The position numbers and the translations under genes were made by a program. This document shows, in pieces, positions 1 to 12,097 of a stretch of DNA of 64,000 bases (positions within the stretch are counted from its first letter, which is position 1; each line of letters begins with the position of its first letter). This stretch comes from an uncultured delta proteobacterium. Its GTDB lineage: Bacteria; Myxococcota_A; Polyangia; Polyangiales; B10-G4. Under the pieces are notes generated by a model, which saw only the letters and a list, made by a program, of their open reading frames with translations, ran no database searches and was not told the DNA's origin. Where the stretch lies: the NCBI GenBank assembly GCA_963727445.1, contig CAVSGI010000008.1:480001-544000 (forward strand), read 5' to 3'.

Positions 1-532
1 GTGCGCGCGGCTGGGTGAGGGCGGGGGTTGGGGGGTCTCGGCTGCAACGGGCATTGGATGGCGCGGTTCTGACCGGCTGTTGCTGATGGGGAAAGGGGGT
101 GGCCGGTGTGCAGGGCGAAGGGCGGGGTGCGTGCGGCTGGGTGAGGGCGGGGGTTGGGGGGTCTCGGCTGCAACGGGCATTGGATGGCGCGGTTCTGACC
201 GGCTGTTGCTGATGGGGAAAGGGGGTGGCCGGTGTGCAGGGCGGAGGGCGGCGTGCGTGCGGCTGGGTGAGGGCGGGGGTTGGGGGGTCTCGGCTGCAAC
301 GGGCATTGGATGGCGTGGTTCTGACCGGCTGTTGCTGATGGGGAAAGGGGGTGGCCGGTGTGCAGGGCGGAGGGCGGCGTGCGCGCGGCTGGGTGAGGGC
401 GGGCGTTGGGGGGTCTCGGCTGCAACGGGCATTGGATGGCGTGGTTCTGACCGGCTGTTGCTGATGGGGAAAGGGGGTGGCCGGTGTGCGGGGCGGAGGG
501 CGGCGTGCGTGCGGCTGGGTGAGGGCGGGGGT
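1..532. repeat. G-rich 126-bp tandem repeat, ~4.2 copies (may extend beyond window start)
   Basis: CTGGGTGAGGGC recurs at 11, 137, 263, 389 and 515 (period 126); the units are nearly identical. Confidence 0.95.
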
Positions 533-1633
533 GGGACGGAGGAGCGTGGTGGTGGGCGCGGGCGGCGAGAGCCGCTGGCGTCGGTGATCGGGGAGGCCAG
601 CGTCGTGGGCCGCGGCCGCTGCGCGGCCTCTGTCCGGCGCGGGGCGCCGGACGCGAAGTGCGCGCCGTGGGATCGCACTGCGCGTCTCGGCGCATCGCGG
701 TCACAACTGCCGGCGTTACATACGACACCCCGAGTTGTGACCGCATCGCGGTCACAACCGCCGGCGTTACCCACGACGCCACGAGTTGTGTGACCGCATC
801 GCGGTCACAACCGCCGGCGTTACACACGACGCCACGAGTTGTGACCGCATCGCGGTCACAACCGCCGGCGTTACATACGACACCCCGAGTTGTGACCGCA
901 TCGCGGTCACAACCGCCGGCGTTGCCCACGACGCCACGAGTTGTGACCGCATCGCGGTCACAACTGCCGGCGTTACACACGACGCCACGAGTTGTGACCG
1001 CATCGCGGTCACAACCGCCGGCGTTACATACGACACCCCGAGTTGTGACCGCATCGCGGCCACAACTGCCGGCGTTGCCCACGACGCCCCGAGTTGTGAC
1101 CGCATCGCGGTCACAACTGCCGGCGTTACACACGACGCCACGAGTTGTGACCGCATCGCGGTCACAACTGCCGGCGTTACCCACGACACCCCGAGTTGTG
1201 ACCGCATCGCGGTCACAACCGCCGGCGTTACCCACGACACCCCGAGTTGTGACCGCATCGCGGTCACAACCGCCGGCGTTACCCACGACACCCCGAGTTG
1301 TGACCGCATCGCGGTCACAACTGCCGGCGTTACCGACATCGCCCCTCCGTCGCGGTCCGCCTTCAGGGTGCGACTCACCCTTCACATGATCATCTCGCCC
1401 ATCACGCGTCCGGCGCTCCGCGCCGGACAGAGGCCGCGCAGCGGCCGCGGCCAACTGCGTTGCCATCCGCGATCGCCGCCGCCAACGGCTCTCAGCGTCG
1501 CCACTCGCCGACCACCTCCCCCCGTCCCACGCCCGCACACACCCAGCCGCGCGCACGCCGCCCGCCGCCCCGCACACCGGCCACCCCCTTCCCCATCAGC
1601 AACAGCCGGTCAGAACCACGCCGTCCAACGCCC
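427..1633. repeat. Long imperfect inverted repeat (arms ~427-656 and ~1405-1633) enclosing the 51-bp array
   Basis: 608-656 is the reverse complement of CGCGTCCGGCGCTCCGCGCCGGACAGAGGCCGCGCAGCGGCCGCGGCC at 1405-1452 (one mismatch); ~1540-1633 is the reverse complement of the last 126-bp unit. Confidence 0.9.
691..1333. repeat. 51-bp tandem array, 13 units, each with palindrome GTTGTGACCGC-ATC-GCGGTCACAAC plus a near-constant 26-bp linker
   Basis: CGCATCGCGG at 691, 742, 795, 846, 897, 948, 999, 1050, 1101, 1152, 1203, 1254, 1305; 11-bp stem with a 3-nt loop (first unit lacks the left arm). Confidence 0.97.
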
Positions 1634-1745
1634 AGGGCAGCCGAGTCGCCTCCCAGCGCCCGCACACCGGTCAGAACCACGCCGTCCAACGCCCAGGGCA
1701 GCCGAACCGTCCCCACGACACGCAGCCCAACGCCCTGGGCAGCGG
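1606..1745. repeat. 61-bp direct repeat (2 copies plus a partial) derived from the reverse complement of part of the 126-bp unit
   Basis: CCGGTCAGAACCACGCCGTCCAACGCCCAGGGCAGCCGA at 1606 and 1667; partial CAACGCCCTGGGCAGC at ~1728. Confidence 0.85.
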
Positions 1746-1753
1746 CCCCCGCT

Positions 1754-2986
1754 CTACCTCAGCCCGTGCTTCTTCGCGAGGCGCGCCAGGTAGTTCCGAT
1801 CGAGCCCGGCTTCGGCGCTGGCGCGGGAGACGTTGCCGTCGTGGCGGTCGAGGAGGCGGGCGACGTACTCGCGCTCGAAGGCGTCGACGAGCTTTTCCTT
1901 GGCCTCCTTGAAAGGGATGCCGGAGAGGTCTTCGCCGACGGCGGCCGCCTGGCTGGCCGTGGGAGGGGGCGGCGGCTGGGAGGGCGTGCCCTCGGCGGCG
2001 AAGCTCTGCTCGAGGTGACGCACCAGCTCGCGCACGTTGCCCGGGAAGTCGTGAGCGCGCAGCGGCGCGAGCTCCTCGAGGGTGAGGTTGAAGTCGGCGT
2101 GACCGAGGCTCTGCGCGATCTCGCGGATGAGGCGCGGCAGGTCGTCCTTGCGATCGCGTAGCGGCGGGATCACCAGACGCACGGAAGCGACGTGATAGTA
2201 GAGGTCGCGGGGCGCGGCGCCCGCTTCGACCCTTTCGCGCATGTCCGAGCGGCTGGTGGCGAGCACCCGCACGTCGAGCTCGCCCCGCTCCCGCGCTTCG
2301 AGCACCTGCACCAGCTCGCTCGCCACCGGCGCGCTCACCTGATCGATGCGGTCGACGACCACGGTGCCGCCGGCGGCAGCGCGGAAGGTGTCGGCGACGC
2401 CTCCTTCGGGGATGGAAGCGCCCGCATCGAGGACGGCGAAGGGCGCCTCCCGGCGCGAGGACGCATCGTGGATGGCCCGGGCCACCTCGCTCTTGCCGAC
2501 GCCCGGCTCGCCCTCGAGGAGCACGGGCACCTCGCTGGCCGAGACCCGCTCGAGGACGCCGAAGAGCCGGCGCATCAGCGGCGTCGCACCCACCAGGGCC
2601 CCGAAGCGCGTGGACTCGCTCGGAACGTCCGGCGCCGGGACGTCGGCGGGCAGGACCTCGATCCGCGTCCGGCCCACCTTGAACTCGGCGGCTGGCGTGA
2701 GCACCAGCGACTCGATGCGGCTCGAGCCGAAGAACGTCCCGTTGGTGCTCTTGAGGTCGCGCACCCGCACGCCCTCCGACAAGAGCGCGACCTCGGCGTG
2801 GTACCGCGAGACCGCCTTGTCGCTGAGGGTGAGGTCCGCCTCGTGGTGAGAACCGATGGTCATCGTACCGCTCTCGAGGACCTTCTCTTTGCCCCGATCG
2901 TCACCGCTCACCACGCGCACCAGCACGCGCCGCACGACGAGCGCGCCGGTCGCGTCGGTGGCGAGAGTTCCCACGAGGCCCGTCAT
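1754..2986 (-). CDS. FHA + degenerate sigma54-activator-type AAA+ + Fis HTH transcriptional regulator
   Basis: FHA motifs (IGS...VSRYHAE...RDLKSTNGTF), Walker A GEPGVGKS, IPPLRDR, FPGNVREL, C-terminal GNVSRASAEAGLDRNYL HTH. Confidence 0.9.
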   Translation of the reverse strand: MTGLVGTLATDATGALVVRRVLVRVVSGDDRGKEKVLESGTMTIGSHHEADLTLSDKAVSRYHAEVALLSEGVRVRDLKSTNGTFFGSSRIESLVLTPAAEFKVGRTRIEVLPADVPAPDVPSESTRFGALVGATPLMRRLFGVLERVSASEVPVLLEGEPGVGKSEVARAIHDASSRREAPFAVLDAGASIPEGGVADTFRAAAGGTVVVDRIDQVSAPVASELVQVLEARERGELDVRVLATSRSDMRERVEAGAAPRDLYYHVASVRLVIPPLRDRKDDLPRLIREIAQSLGHADFNLTLEELAPLRAHDFPGNVRELVRHLEQSFAAEGTPSQPPPPPTASQAAAVGEDLSGIPFKEAKEKLVDAFEREYVARLLDRHDGNVSRASAEAGLDRNYLARLAKKHGLR

Positions 2987-3086
2987 CGTGTGTTGGTCGG
3001 ACACGGCGGGCCTAGCATACCCACTTTTGGGTCTCAGTGAGGGTCTAGAAAAACGATCCGCATCCGGGTGAGCGGTTCGCTCCAGA

Positions 3087-3773
3087 CTAGACGAGCTCCA
3101 GAATCGAGCGGACGGCATCCGGATCGCTGAGCTCGTCGTAGACCGCAGTGGGACCGTGCGCGCGGAGCTCCTCCGCCGTCCAGCCCCCGGTCGCGACGGC
3201 GACGCACTCGGCGCCCATCTCCGCGGCCGCCGCGATGTCGCGCGGCGTGTCGCCGATGACCACCACGCGACACGCGTCCAGCGGGACGCCGAGGAGCTCG
3301 GCGCCCCGTTCGGCGCCGCGGGTCAATAGCGCGGTGCGGTTCTCCGCGTCGGAGCCGAAGCCGCCGAAGCCGAAGCGGGCGGAGAGCTCGGCGCGGCCGA
3401 GCTTGATGCGCGCGCCCGGCTCGACGTTTCCGGTCCCGAGCCCGACGGCGACCTCGTCGTGACCGATCACCGCATCGAGCACCTCGTAGACCCCCGGCAG
3501 CACGCGATAGTCGGGCGCCGCCTCGACCTCGGTGGGCAGGATCGACAGGTAGGTCTCGAAGACGGACTGAACCACAGCCTCGTCGAAGGCCCGGCCCACG
3601 CGCTCGAGGCCGGCCCGAACGATCCCCGGATCGGTCATCCCACCGAAGCGAAAATCCGCGAAGACATCGGCGTGGCCCGTCACCTCGCGAAAGGCGCGCT
3701 CCATCGAACGACGGCCGGCGCCGCCCGTCAGGATCAGCGTGCCGTCGACGTCGAAGAGCAGGATGGTGGGCAT
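3087..3773 (-). CDS. HAD-superfamily hydrolase (phosphoglycolate phosphatase-like)
   Basis: Motif I LLFDVDGTL, motif II GTGN, motif IV VIGDTPRD. Confidence 0.92.
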   Translation of the reverse strand: MPTILLFDVDGTLILTGGAGRRSMERAFREVTGHADVFADFRFGGMTDPGIVRAGLERVGRAFDEAVVQSVFETYLSILPTEVEAAPDYRVLPGVYEVLDAVIGHDEVAVGLGTGNVEPGARIKLGRAELSARFGFGGFGSDAENRTALLTRGAERGAELLGVPLDACRVVVIGDTPRDIAAAAEMGAECVAVATGGWTAEELRAHGPTAVYDELSDPDAVRSILELV

Positions 3774-3804
3774 CGGTGGCTCTGCGCGAAAGGCGTGGCG
3801 CCGC

Positions 3805-4656
3805 TCAGTGACCGCCGAGCGCGTCGATGCGCTCCTGCGCGCGTGCCGCGGCGGCGGCGTCGCGAGAACGTACCGCTTCGATGTACTGCCGGTAGACCCG
3901 CACCGCCTCGTCGGCGTGGCTCTCCGTCTCCAGACAGACGCCGAGATCGTAGAGCGCATCCGCGTTGCCGGGACGCAGCTCGAGCGCGCGGCGATAGTGC
4001 GGGATCGCCTCTTCGCAGCGCTCCGCGCTCCTCAGGCTGATGGCGAGGTTGAGGTGCATCTCCCAGTCGGTGTCGTGATGCTCGATCGCCTCGCCGAGCA
4101 TGATGATCGACTCTTCGTAGCGGCGCTCCTGGTTCATCGCCACCGCCAGGTTGTTGATCAAACCGGTATCGCCCGGGTTGCGACGCAGCCCTTCGCGATA
4201 GGCCTGCATGGCCTCGTCGTTGCGCCTGAGGCGGCGGTACGCGATGCCGAGGTTCCCCCAGCTCGACGCGTCCGACGGGTCGAGCTCCACCGCGTGCCTC
4301 AGCGGCGCGATCGCGGCTTCGTACTGACGAAGACGGATGTGCATCGCCCCCTTCATCGCCCAACCGGCGGCGTAGTCGGGCTCGAGGCGAGTCACCGCGT
4401 TGAAGCACCCCAGAGCCGGCCGAAGCCGGCCGAGGCGACGGTAGAGCCCCCCCGCCGTGAAGTGCGCGGCCGCATGGCTGGGGCGCGCGCGAATGGCGGC
4501 CTGCGCCTCGGCCAGCGCCTCCTCGAAGCGTCCCTCGCGCTTGTAGACGAGGGCCTGACGGTAGTGCACTTCCGCCTCGTCTGCCCGGGCCACGGGCGCG
4601 CTCGACAGGAGCGCGGCGAGCACCGCCAGGATGGAGATGGTGCGAATCGAGGTCAC
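3805..4656 (-). CDS. Secreted tetratricopeptide repeat protein
   Basis: Signal peptide ending ARA-D; repeated TPR units (WGNLGIAY, NNLAVA, LNLAISL, YDLGVCL). Confidence 0.9.
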   Translation of the reverse strand: MTSIRTISILAVLAALLSSAPVARADEAEVHYRQALVYKREGRFEEALAEAQAAIRARPSHAAAHFTAGGLYRRLGRLRPALGCFNAVTRLEPDYAAGWAMKGAMHIRLRQYEAAIAPLRHAVELDPSDASSWGNLGIAYRRLRRNDEAMQAYREGLRRNPGDTGLINNLAVAMNQERRYEESIIMLGEAIEHHDTDWEMHLNLAISLRSAERCEEAIPHYRRALELRPGNADALYDLGVCLETESHADEAVRVYRQYIEAVRSRDAAAAARAQERIDALGGH

Positions 4657-4687
4657 GGGACGCCTCCTTCAGAGTGCCCAGAGGCTA

Positions 4688-5437
4688 TCACGAAGCCTGA
4701 TGCGTCGGGCGCATCAGCAGATCGTGATACTGGACGTGGGGCGGCGCGCTGAGCACGTGGCGGATCGCGTCGGCGACGTCGCCCGCCTCGAGGACCTTGA
4801 AGCGCCCATAGGTCTTCGCCGCCGCCTCCTTGCTCTTGTGGTAGTGCTCGGCGAATTCGGTCTCGACGAAGCCGGGGCTGATGGCGGTCACGCGAACCCC
4901 GCTCCCGAGCTCGCGCAGCTCCGCGCGCAGCCCCTCGGTGAGGCTTCGCACGGCGTACTTCGTCGCCGAATAGACGCCGCTGCCCGGTGGGACGCGATGC
5001 GCGGCCATCGACGAGACGTGGATCACGTGGCCGTCGTCGCCGCGCGCCCGCATCTGGCGCACCGCTTCTCGGGTCGCCACGCAGAGGGCCAGTACGTTGA
5101 CCTCGAGCATCTCCCGCCAGTCTTCGGTCTCACCCTCGGTGAGCGGCGCCGCGTGCCCGAGACCCGCGTTGTTCACGAGGACGTCGACGCCGCCCCAGCG
5201 TCCGGCCACCGCTTCGAAGAGGCGCACGATCGCGTCGGTGTTGCGGAGGTCGACCGCGTGGGCCTCCATCTCGAGGCCCGCCAGCTCCGCTTCGTGGCAG
5301 AGCGCCTCGAGGCGCTCCCCGCGTCGTGCGCAGACCGCGACCTTCATCCCTTCGGCCGCGAGCAGCTTCGCCGTCTCCCTGCCGATCCCGCTCGAGGCGC
5401 CGGTGATCAGCGCCACTCTACCCTTCCACCGCTTCAT
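4688..5437 (-). CDS. Classical short-chain dehydrogenase/reductase (DHRS11/YdfG-like)
   Basis: [13 protein letters not shown], catalytic YSATK. Confidence 0.95.
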   Translation of the reverse strand: MKRWKGRVALITGASSGIGRETAKLLAAEGMKVAVCARRGERLEALCHEAELAGLEMEAHAVDLRNTDAIVRLFEAVAGRWGGVDVLVNNAGLGHAAPLTEGETEDWREMLEVNVLALCVATREAVRQMRARGDDGHVIHVSSMAAHRVPPGSGVYSATKYAVRSLTEGLRAELRELGSGVRVTAISPGFVETEFAEHYHKSKEAAAKTYGRFKVLEAGDVADAIRHVLSAPPHVQYHDLLMRPTHQAS

Positions 5438-5458
5438 GGCCGCGCAGGGTAGCAGGGC

Positions 5459-6989
5459 TCACTCCCCCGGGGGCACCACCTTCGGCGCCGCCCGACCGCG
5501 CGCGATCTCCCCGGTCGCCTGATACTCCTTTCCGAGCGCCCGCTGCACCGCGGTGGCGCTCCGCCAAGCGAGGTAACCCATGTTGAAGGGGATCGCGTAC
5601 TTGGGGTCGAGGATCGGATTCTTCAAGTGTCCATGCTGTACCAGCACAATCACCTGCTCGACCACGCTGGTCGGGCAGCCCGTGAAGCGCACGTAGGCGG
5701 AGTCCTCGGAGACCTGCAGCTTTCGCGTCACCGTCGCGAGCTTGACGAACACGTCCTGGTGCTTGGCGCTGTGAGGATCGGTCTCGCTCCGATCGCGATA
5801 CTCGCTCTTCACGTGCACCTGATGACCGAAGAGCTCGCCCTTCCACGTCGCGCAGTCGCCGATGAAGACGACCCGCTCCCCCGGCTGCGCGTCGATGGGG
5901 CCGTCGTAGGCGCCGAAGATGATGTGAGTGCGCGGCATCTTCTCCTCGCACCGCGCGTCGAAGCGCCGGAGGATTTCCACGGCTTCTTCGAGGGCGCCGG
6001 GGCACCCGCCCCAGCAGTAGTCGTACTGCAGGTCGTCCTTCGGCCGATCGTTCGGCGGGGGGCCGGCGTACGCGCAGATGTTCGTGCCCTCGAAGTACTT
6101 CTCGACGCGGATCAACCCCACCCGGAAGCCCCGGCCGCGCTCCCGCGCCTCGTCGAAGCTCACGTCCCCGCTGATCTCGATGTGGTCGAGATCGACCGGC
6201 CCGAAATCCGCGCTCGTGGGCCAGGCGGATGTGCGGGACCTCCATGGGGTCGACGCCGATGATCCGACAGCAGACCGCGTCGAAGGCGACCTGATTGTTG
6301 CCCATGATCACCATGTGCAGGGGGAACGGGATCGGCGTCAGCATCCGGCCCTCGCCCGCGACGATGGCGTCGATGCAGATGAACTGTGGCTGCACGATGT
6401 ACTGGAGGTCGGCGATCTTCTGGTCGAGACGATGATCGTGATCGATGAGGCGGTGACGGTCGTCCTGGATCCCGATGTAGTTCTTCATCGAGAAGGTGAC
6501 CGTCGTCCACGGATGCGCCTTGAGCTTCGGGCAGTTCACGAAGAAGTCCGCGCGCGCGACGGGCTCCGGCGTGTAGATGTAGTCGCGCAGGCGCCCCTCG
6601 TGGGAGAGCGGGATCTCGACCTGCGTCTCCTCCTCGAAACAGTAGCGGCGAACGCCGAGCCGCTCGAGCATCGGATCGTAGCCGGCCTCCGCAAAGGCCA
6701 CGCGCGTCGGAACGGTGATGCCGCAGCGCTCGCCCACGGCGAGCTCCCTGGTCCTGCCCTTCCCCTTCTTCTGCAGCGCGCGCAGCACGCCCTCGACGAG
6801 CTCGGGCCGGGTGTAGGCGTCCTGGAAGAGCTCGCCTGCCGCCACCACGTTCGGTTTGACGAGCGTGCGACCGGAGGGTGTGAGCTCCAGATGTTCGAGC
6901 CCGTCATGAACGATCTCGGTGATTCGGTCCGCGTCGTAGGTGTCGCAGTGTCGAAGGACGACCTTGGCGTTCTGAGTCGGATGCTGCAT
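5459..6989 (-). CDS. DUF362-domain protein with Cys-containing C-terminal extension (one frameshift near 6205)
   Basis: LVKPN, T-R-P, VGE, NCPKLKAH, TFSMKNYIG, IDAIVAGEG; continues in ORF 5459..6163 (CWGGCPG, GCP). Confidence 0.85.
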
Positions 6990-7036
6990 CTGGTTTCGAT
7001 GATGCGCGGAGGACCGGCGGGAGTCGAGGACCGGGC

Positions 7037-9928
<2,892 letters not shown>

Positions 9929-10046
9929 TCGGAGGCCTCCGTGCACGCTCGCACGCGCGGCACAGCCTGACCCATCGCGCGGACGAAGAACGCTCGACTT
10001 GTTCGTGGTGAACGTCTGGCACGACGTTCGCAGCATACAGAACGTC

Positions 10047-10883
10047 GTGAGGATCCGTCTCGGGCTCGTCGCGGTCTTATGTGTGGCGGGGTGCTCGCCG
10101 GCGCTCGGGACGCTTCAACCTGCGCGGACGACGCCCGAGGGCCATCTGCAGGTCACCGGCTCGGTGGACTACGTGCACACCGACGGTGAGATCCGCGAGG
10201 CGATCGGCGTGGTGGAAGGCGCACACTTCGGTGGACGCATGACCCGCGCCGAGGTGACCGAGATCACGGACGCCGCCACGGTGGCGCTCGTTCAGCCGCC
10301 GAGCGTCGGCGCGACGATGGCCGCCTCCTACGGCATCACCAAGCGCTTCGAGCTCGGGGTGCGAACCTCGGGGAGCGCCGTGCGCGGACACGTCCGCTTT
10401 CAGTGGCTTCGGATCGCCCCAGGGATCTATGGCTCCGCGGGCTTCGGCGTCTCGGGCTACCTCTTCGGCTTTCCCCTTCAAACCGTGAGCGACGACGCGG
10501 TGAAGGTGAACGGCTTCACGCGGTGGGACTTCGACCTGCCGATCCATCTCGGCTACTCCGGCCGCTACTTCCACGTGTGGGGCGGGCCCAAGTTGATCTT
10601 CTCGACCTACGATTCGAGCCTCACCGTATGCACCGACACCCGGGGACCCGGTTGCAACGCCTCGGCCGGAGTGAAGGTGGGCGGCACGGCGGCCTACGTG
10701 ACGGGTCAGCTGGGCTTCGCGGTCGGCTACCGGCGCTTCTGGGTGGCCGCCGAGCTCACGGTGGGGCGGGTCGGCGCCAGCGGCAACGTCGGGATCACTT
10801 CTGGCAGCCGTTCGGACCATGGCACCTTCGCCCACGAAGGGCTGGTGCTGAGCCCATCGGTGGGCTTCATCAGCTGGTTCTGA
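10047..10883 (+). CDS. Lipobox-bearing putative outer-membrane beta-barrel protein
   Basis: GTG start, h-region ending VAGC, alternating beta-strand pattern, C-terminal GFISWF. Confidence 0.7.
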   Translation: MRIRLGLVAVLCVAGCSPALGTLQPARTTPEGHLQVTGSVDYVHTDGEIREAIGVVEGAHFGGRMTRAEVTEITDAATVALVQPPSVGATMAASYGITKRFELGVRTSGSAVRGHVRFQWLRIAPGIYGSAGFGVSGYLFGFPLQTVSDDAVKVNGFTRWDFDLPIHLGYSGRYFHVWGGPKLIFSTYDSSLTVCTDTRGPGCNASAGVKVGGTAAYVTGQLGFAVGYRRFWVAAELTVGRVGASGNVGITSGSRSDHGTFAHEGLVLSPSVGFISWF

Positions 10884-11030
10884 GGAGGAAGAGCAGGACC
10901 CCGACGAGGGCGCCCGCGACCGCCGCGGCCGCCAGCGTGTAGAGGAGCAAGCGTCGCGCTCTCGGGGGTGTTGCGACCGGGGGGCGCGGATCGACCACGG
11001 TCGGCGCGGCCTCCTGGATCCGCTCCTCAT
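10870..11030 (-). CDS. Putative small single-TM protein (~52 aa; start apparently displaced by an indel)
   Basis: Frame reads EERIQEAAPTVVDPRPPVATPPRARRLLLYTLAAAAVAGALVGVLLFLLRTS*; an ATG overlaps the kinase stop but is one base out of frame. Confidence 0.4.
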
Positions 11031-12097
11031 GGCACCGCCTGAACGCCCGGCGGGGCGGCGGTGGGCGGAGGTGCCTCGAAAGCGCTCTGCGCGAGGAAGA
11101 AGACGGAGAGCGTCAGCGCGACCCCCAGGATGACCCCGGCGAAGAGCAGAACCGACGGCGCGATGCGACGCCGCGGCTCCGCGATCGGGCTCATCACCTT
11201 CTGGGTGACGGAGGTCTCGGTGAGAGGGATCGGCTGAAACCCGGTCGCCGCGGCGCCTTCGGACACTTCGTCGAGAGAGCCAGCGAGCTCGCGGTATGCG
11301 CGAGCGAGCTCACCCGCGCTCGAAGGCCGATCCTTCTTGTAGGGTGAAATCGCGCGATGGACGACGTCGGCCAGTTCGCGGTCCACGCGTGGCAGGAGCA
11401 CGTCGAGGCGCGGAGCGCCTTCCGCGATCTGCATCGCCACCTGCAGCGGGTTGCCCACGAAGGGCGGACCGCCGGCGAGCGCGGACCAGATGATGACGCC
11501 CAGGGCGTAGACGTCGGTCTGGTGGTCGACATCGGTGACGCCGGTGAGCTGCTCGGGAGACATGTAACGGACGGTCCCCACCACCTGGCCCGTCACCGTG
11601 AGCCGCACGTAGTCGGCGCCGTGGGCGACGCCGAAATCGAGGAGCTTCGGTCCCGAGGAGGTCAGGACGACGTTCGAGGGCTTGAGGTCGCGATGGATGA
11701 AGCCCGCGCCGTGGACCGCGTCGAGAGCGCTGGCGACGCCATCGACGATGGGCACCAGATCCGCGGGCGCCACCGGCGCCTCGCGCTCGAGATACGCCTG
11801 GAGCGTCTCCCCTTCCAGGAGCTCCATCACGATGTAGATCGCGCCCTCCGTGGCGAGGCCCGCGTCGACCATCCGAACGATGCCCGGGTGGTCCAGACGC
11901 GAGAGCACCTCTGCCTCTCTTTGGAGACGCGCGGCAGTGGTCGCGCCTCTGGCGACCTTCTGGCGCACCACCTTCATCGCAAAGCGCTGTCCGTCGTCGG
12001 TGCGCTCGACCTCGTACACGATCCCCATGCCACCCGAAGCGATCTCCTGGCGGATCTCGTAGCGGCCCCCGACGACCGTTCCTTCGGACACCTTCAC
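11027..12097 (-). CDS. Ser/Thr protein kinase with C-terminal TM anchor
   Basis: GGMGIVY, AMK, HRDLKPSN, DFG, YMSPE; GTG start overlaps the MTase stop (GTGA). Confidence 0.92.
   Translation of the reverse strand: MKVSEGTVVGGRYEIRQEIASGGMGIVYEVERTDDGQRFAMKVVRQKVARGATTAARLQREAEVLSRLDHPGIVRMVDAGLATEGAIYIVMELLEGETLQAYLEREAPVAPADLVPIVDGVASALDAVHGAGFIHRDLKPSNVVLTSSGPKLLDFGVAHGADYVRLTVTGQVVGTVRYMSPEQLTGVTDVDHQTDVYALGVIIWSALAGGPPFVGNPLQVAMQIAEGAPRLDVLLPRVDRELADVVHRAISPYKKDRPSSAGELARAYRELAGSLDEVSEGAAATGFQPIPLTETSVTQKVMSPIAEPRRRIAPSVLLFAGVILGVALTLSVFFLAQSAFEAPPPTAAPPGVQAVP

Noticed and set aside
691..1333. CRISPR array
   Set aside because: The intervening 26-nt segments are near-identical rather than unique spacers, and no cas genes are in the window.
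80..1793. ORFs 80..793, 658..1389, 767..1378 and 786..1793 as proteins
   Set aside because: They are open in several frames only because the repeat units lack stops; conservation tracks the DNA palindrome, not codons. Not formally excluded, since 51 and 126 are multiples of 3.
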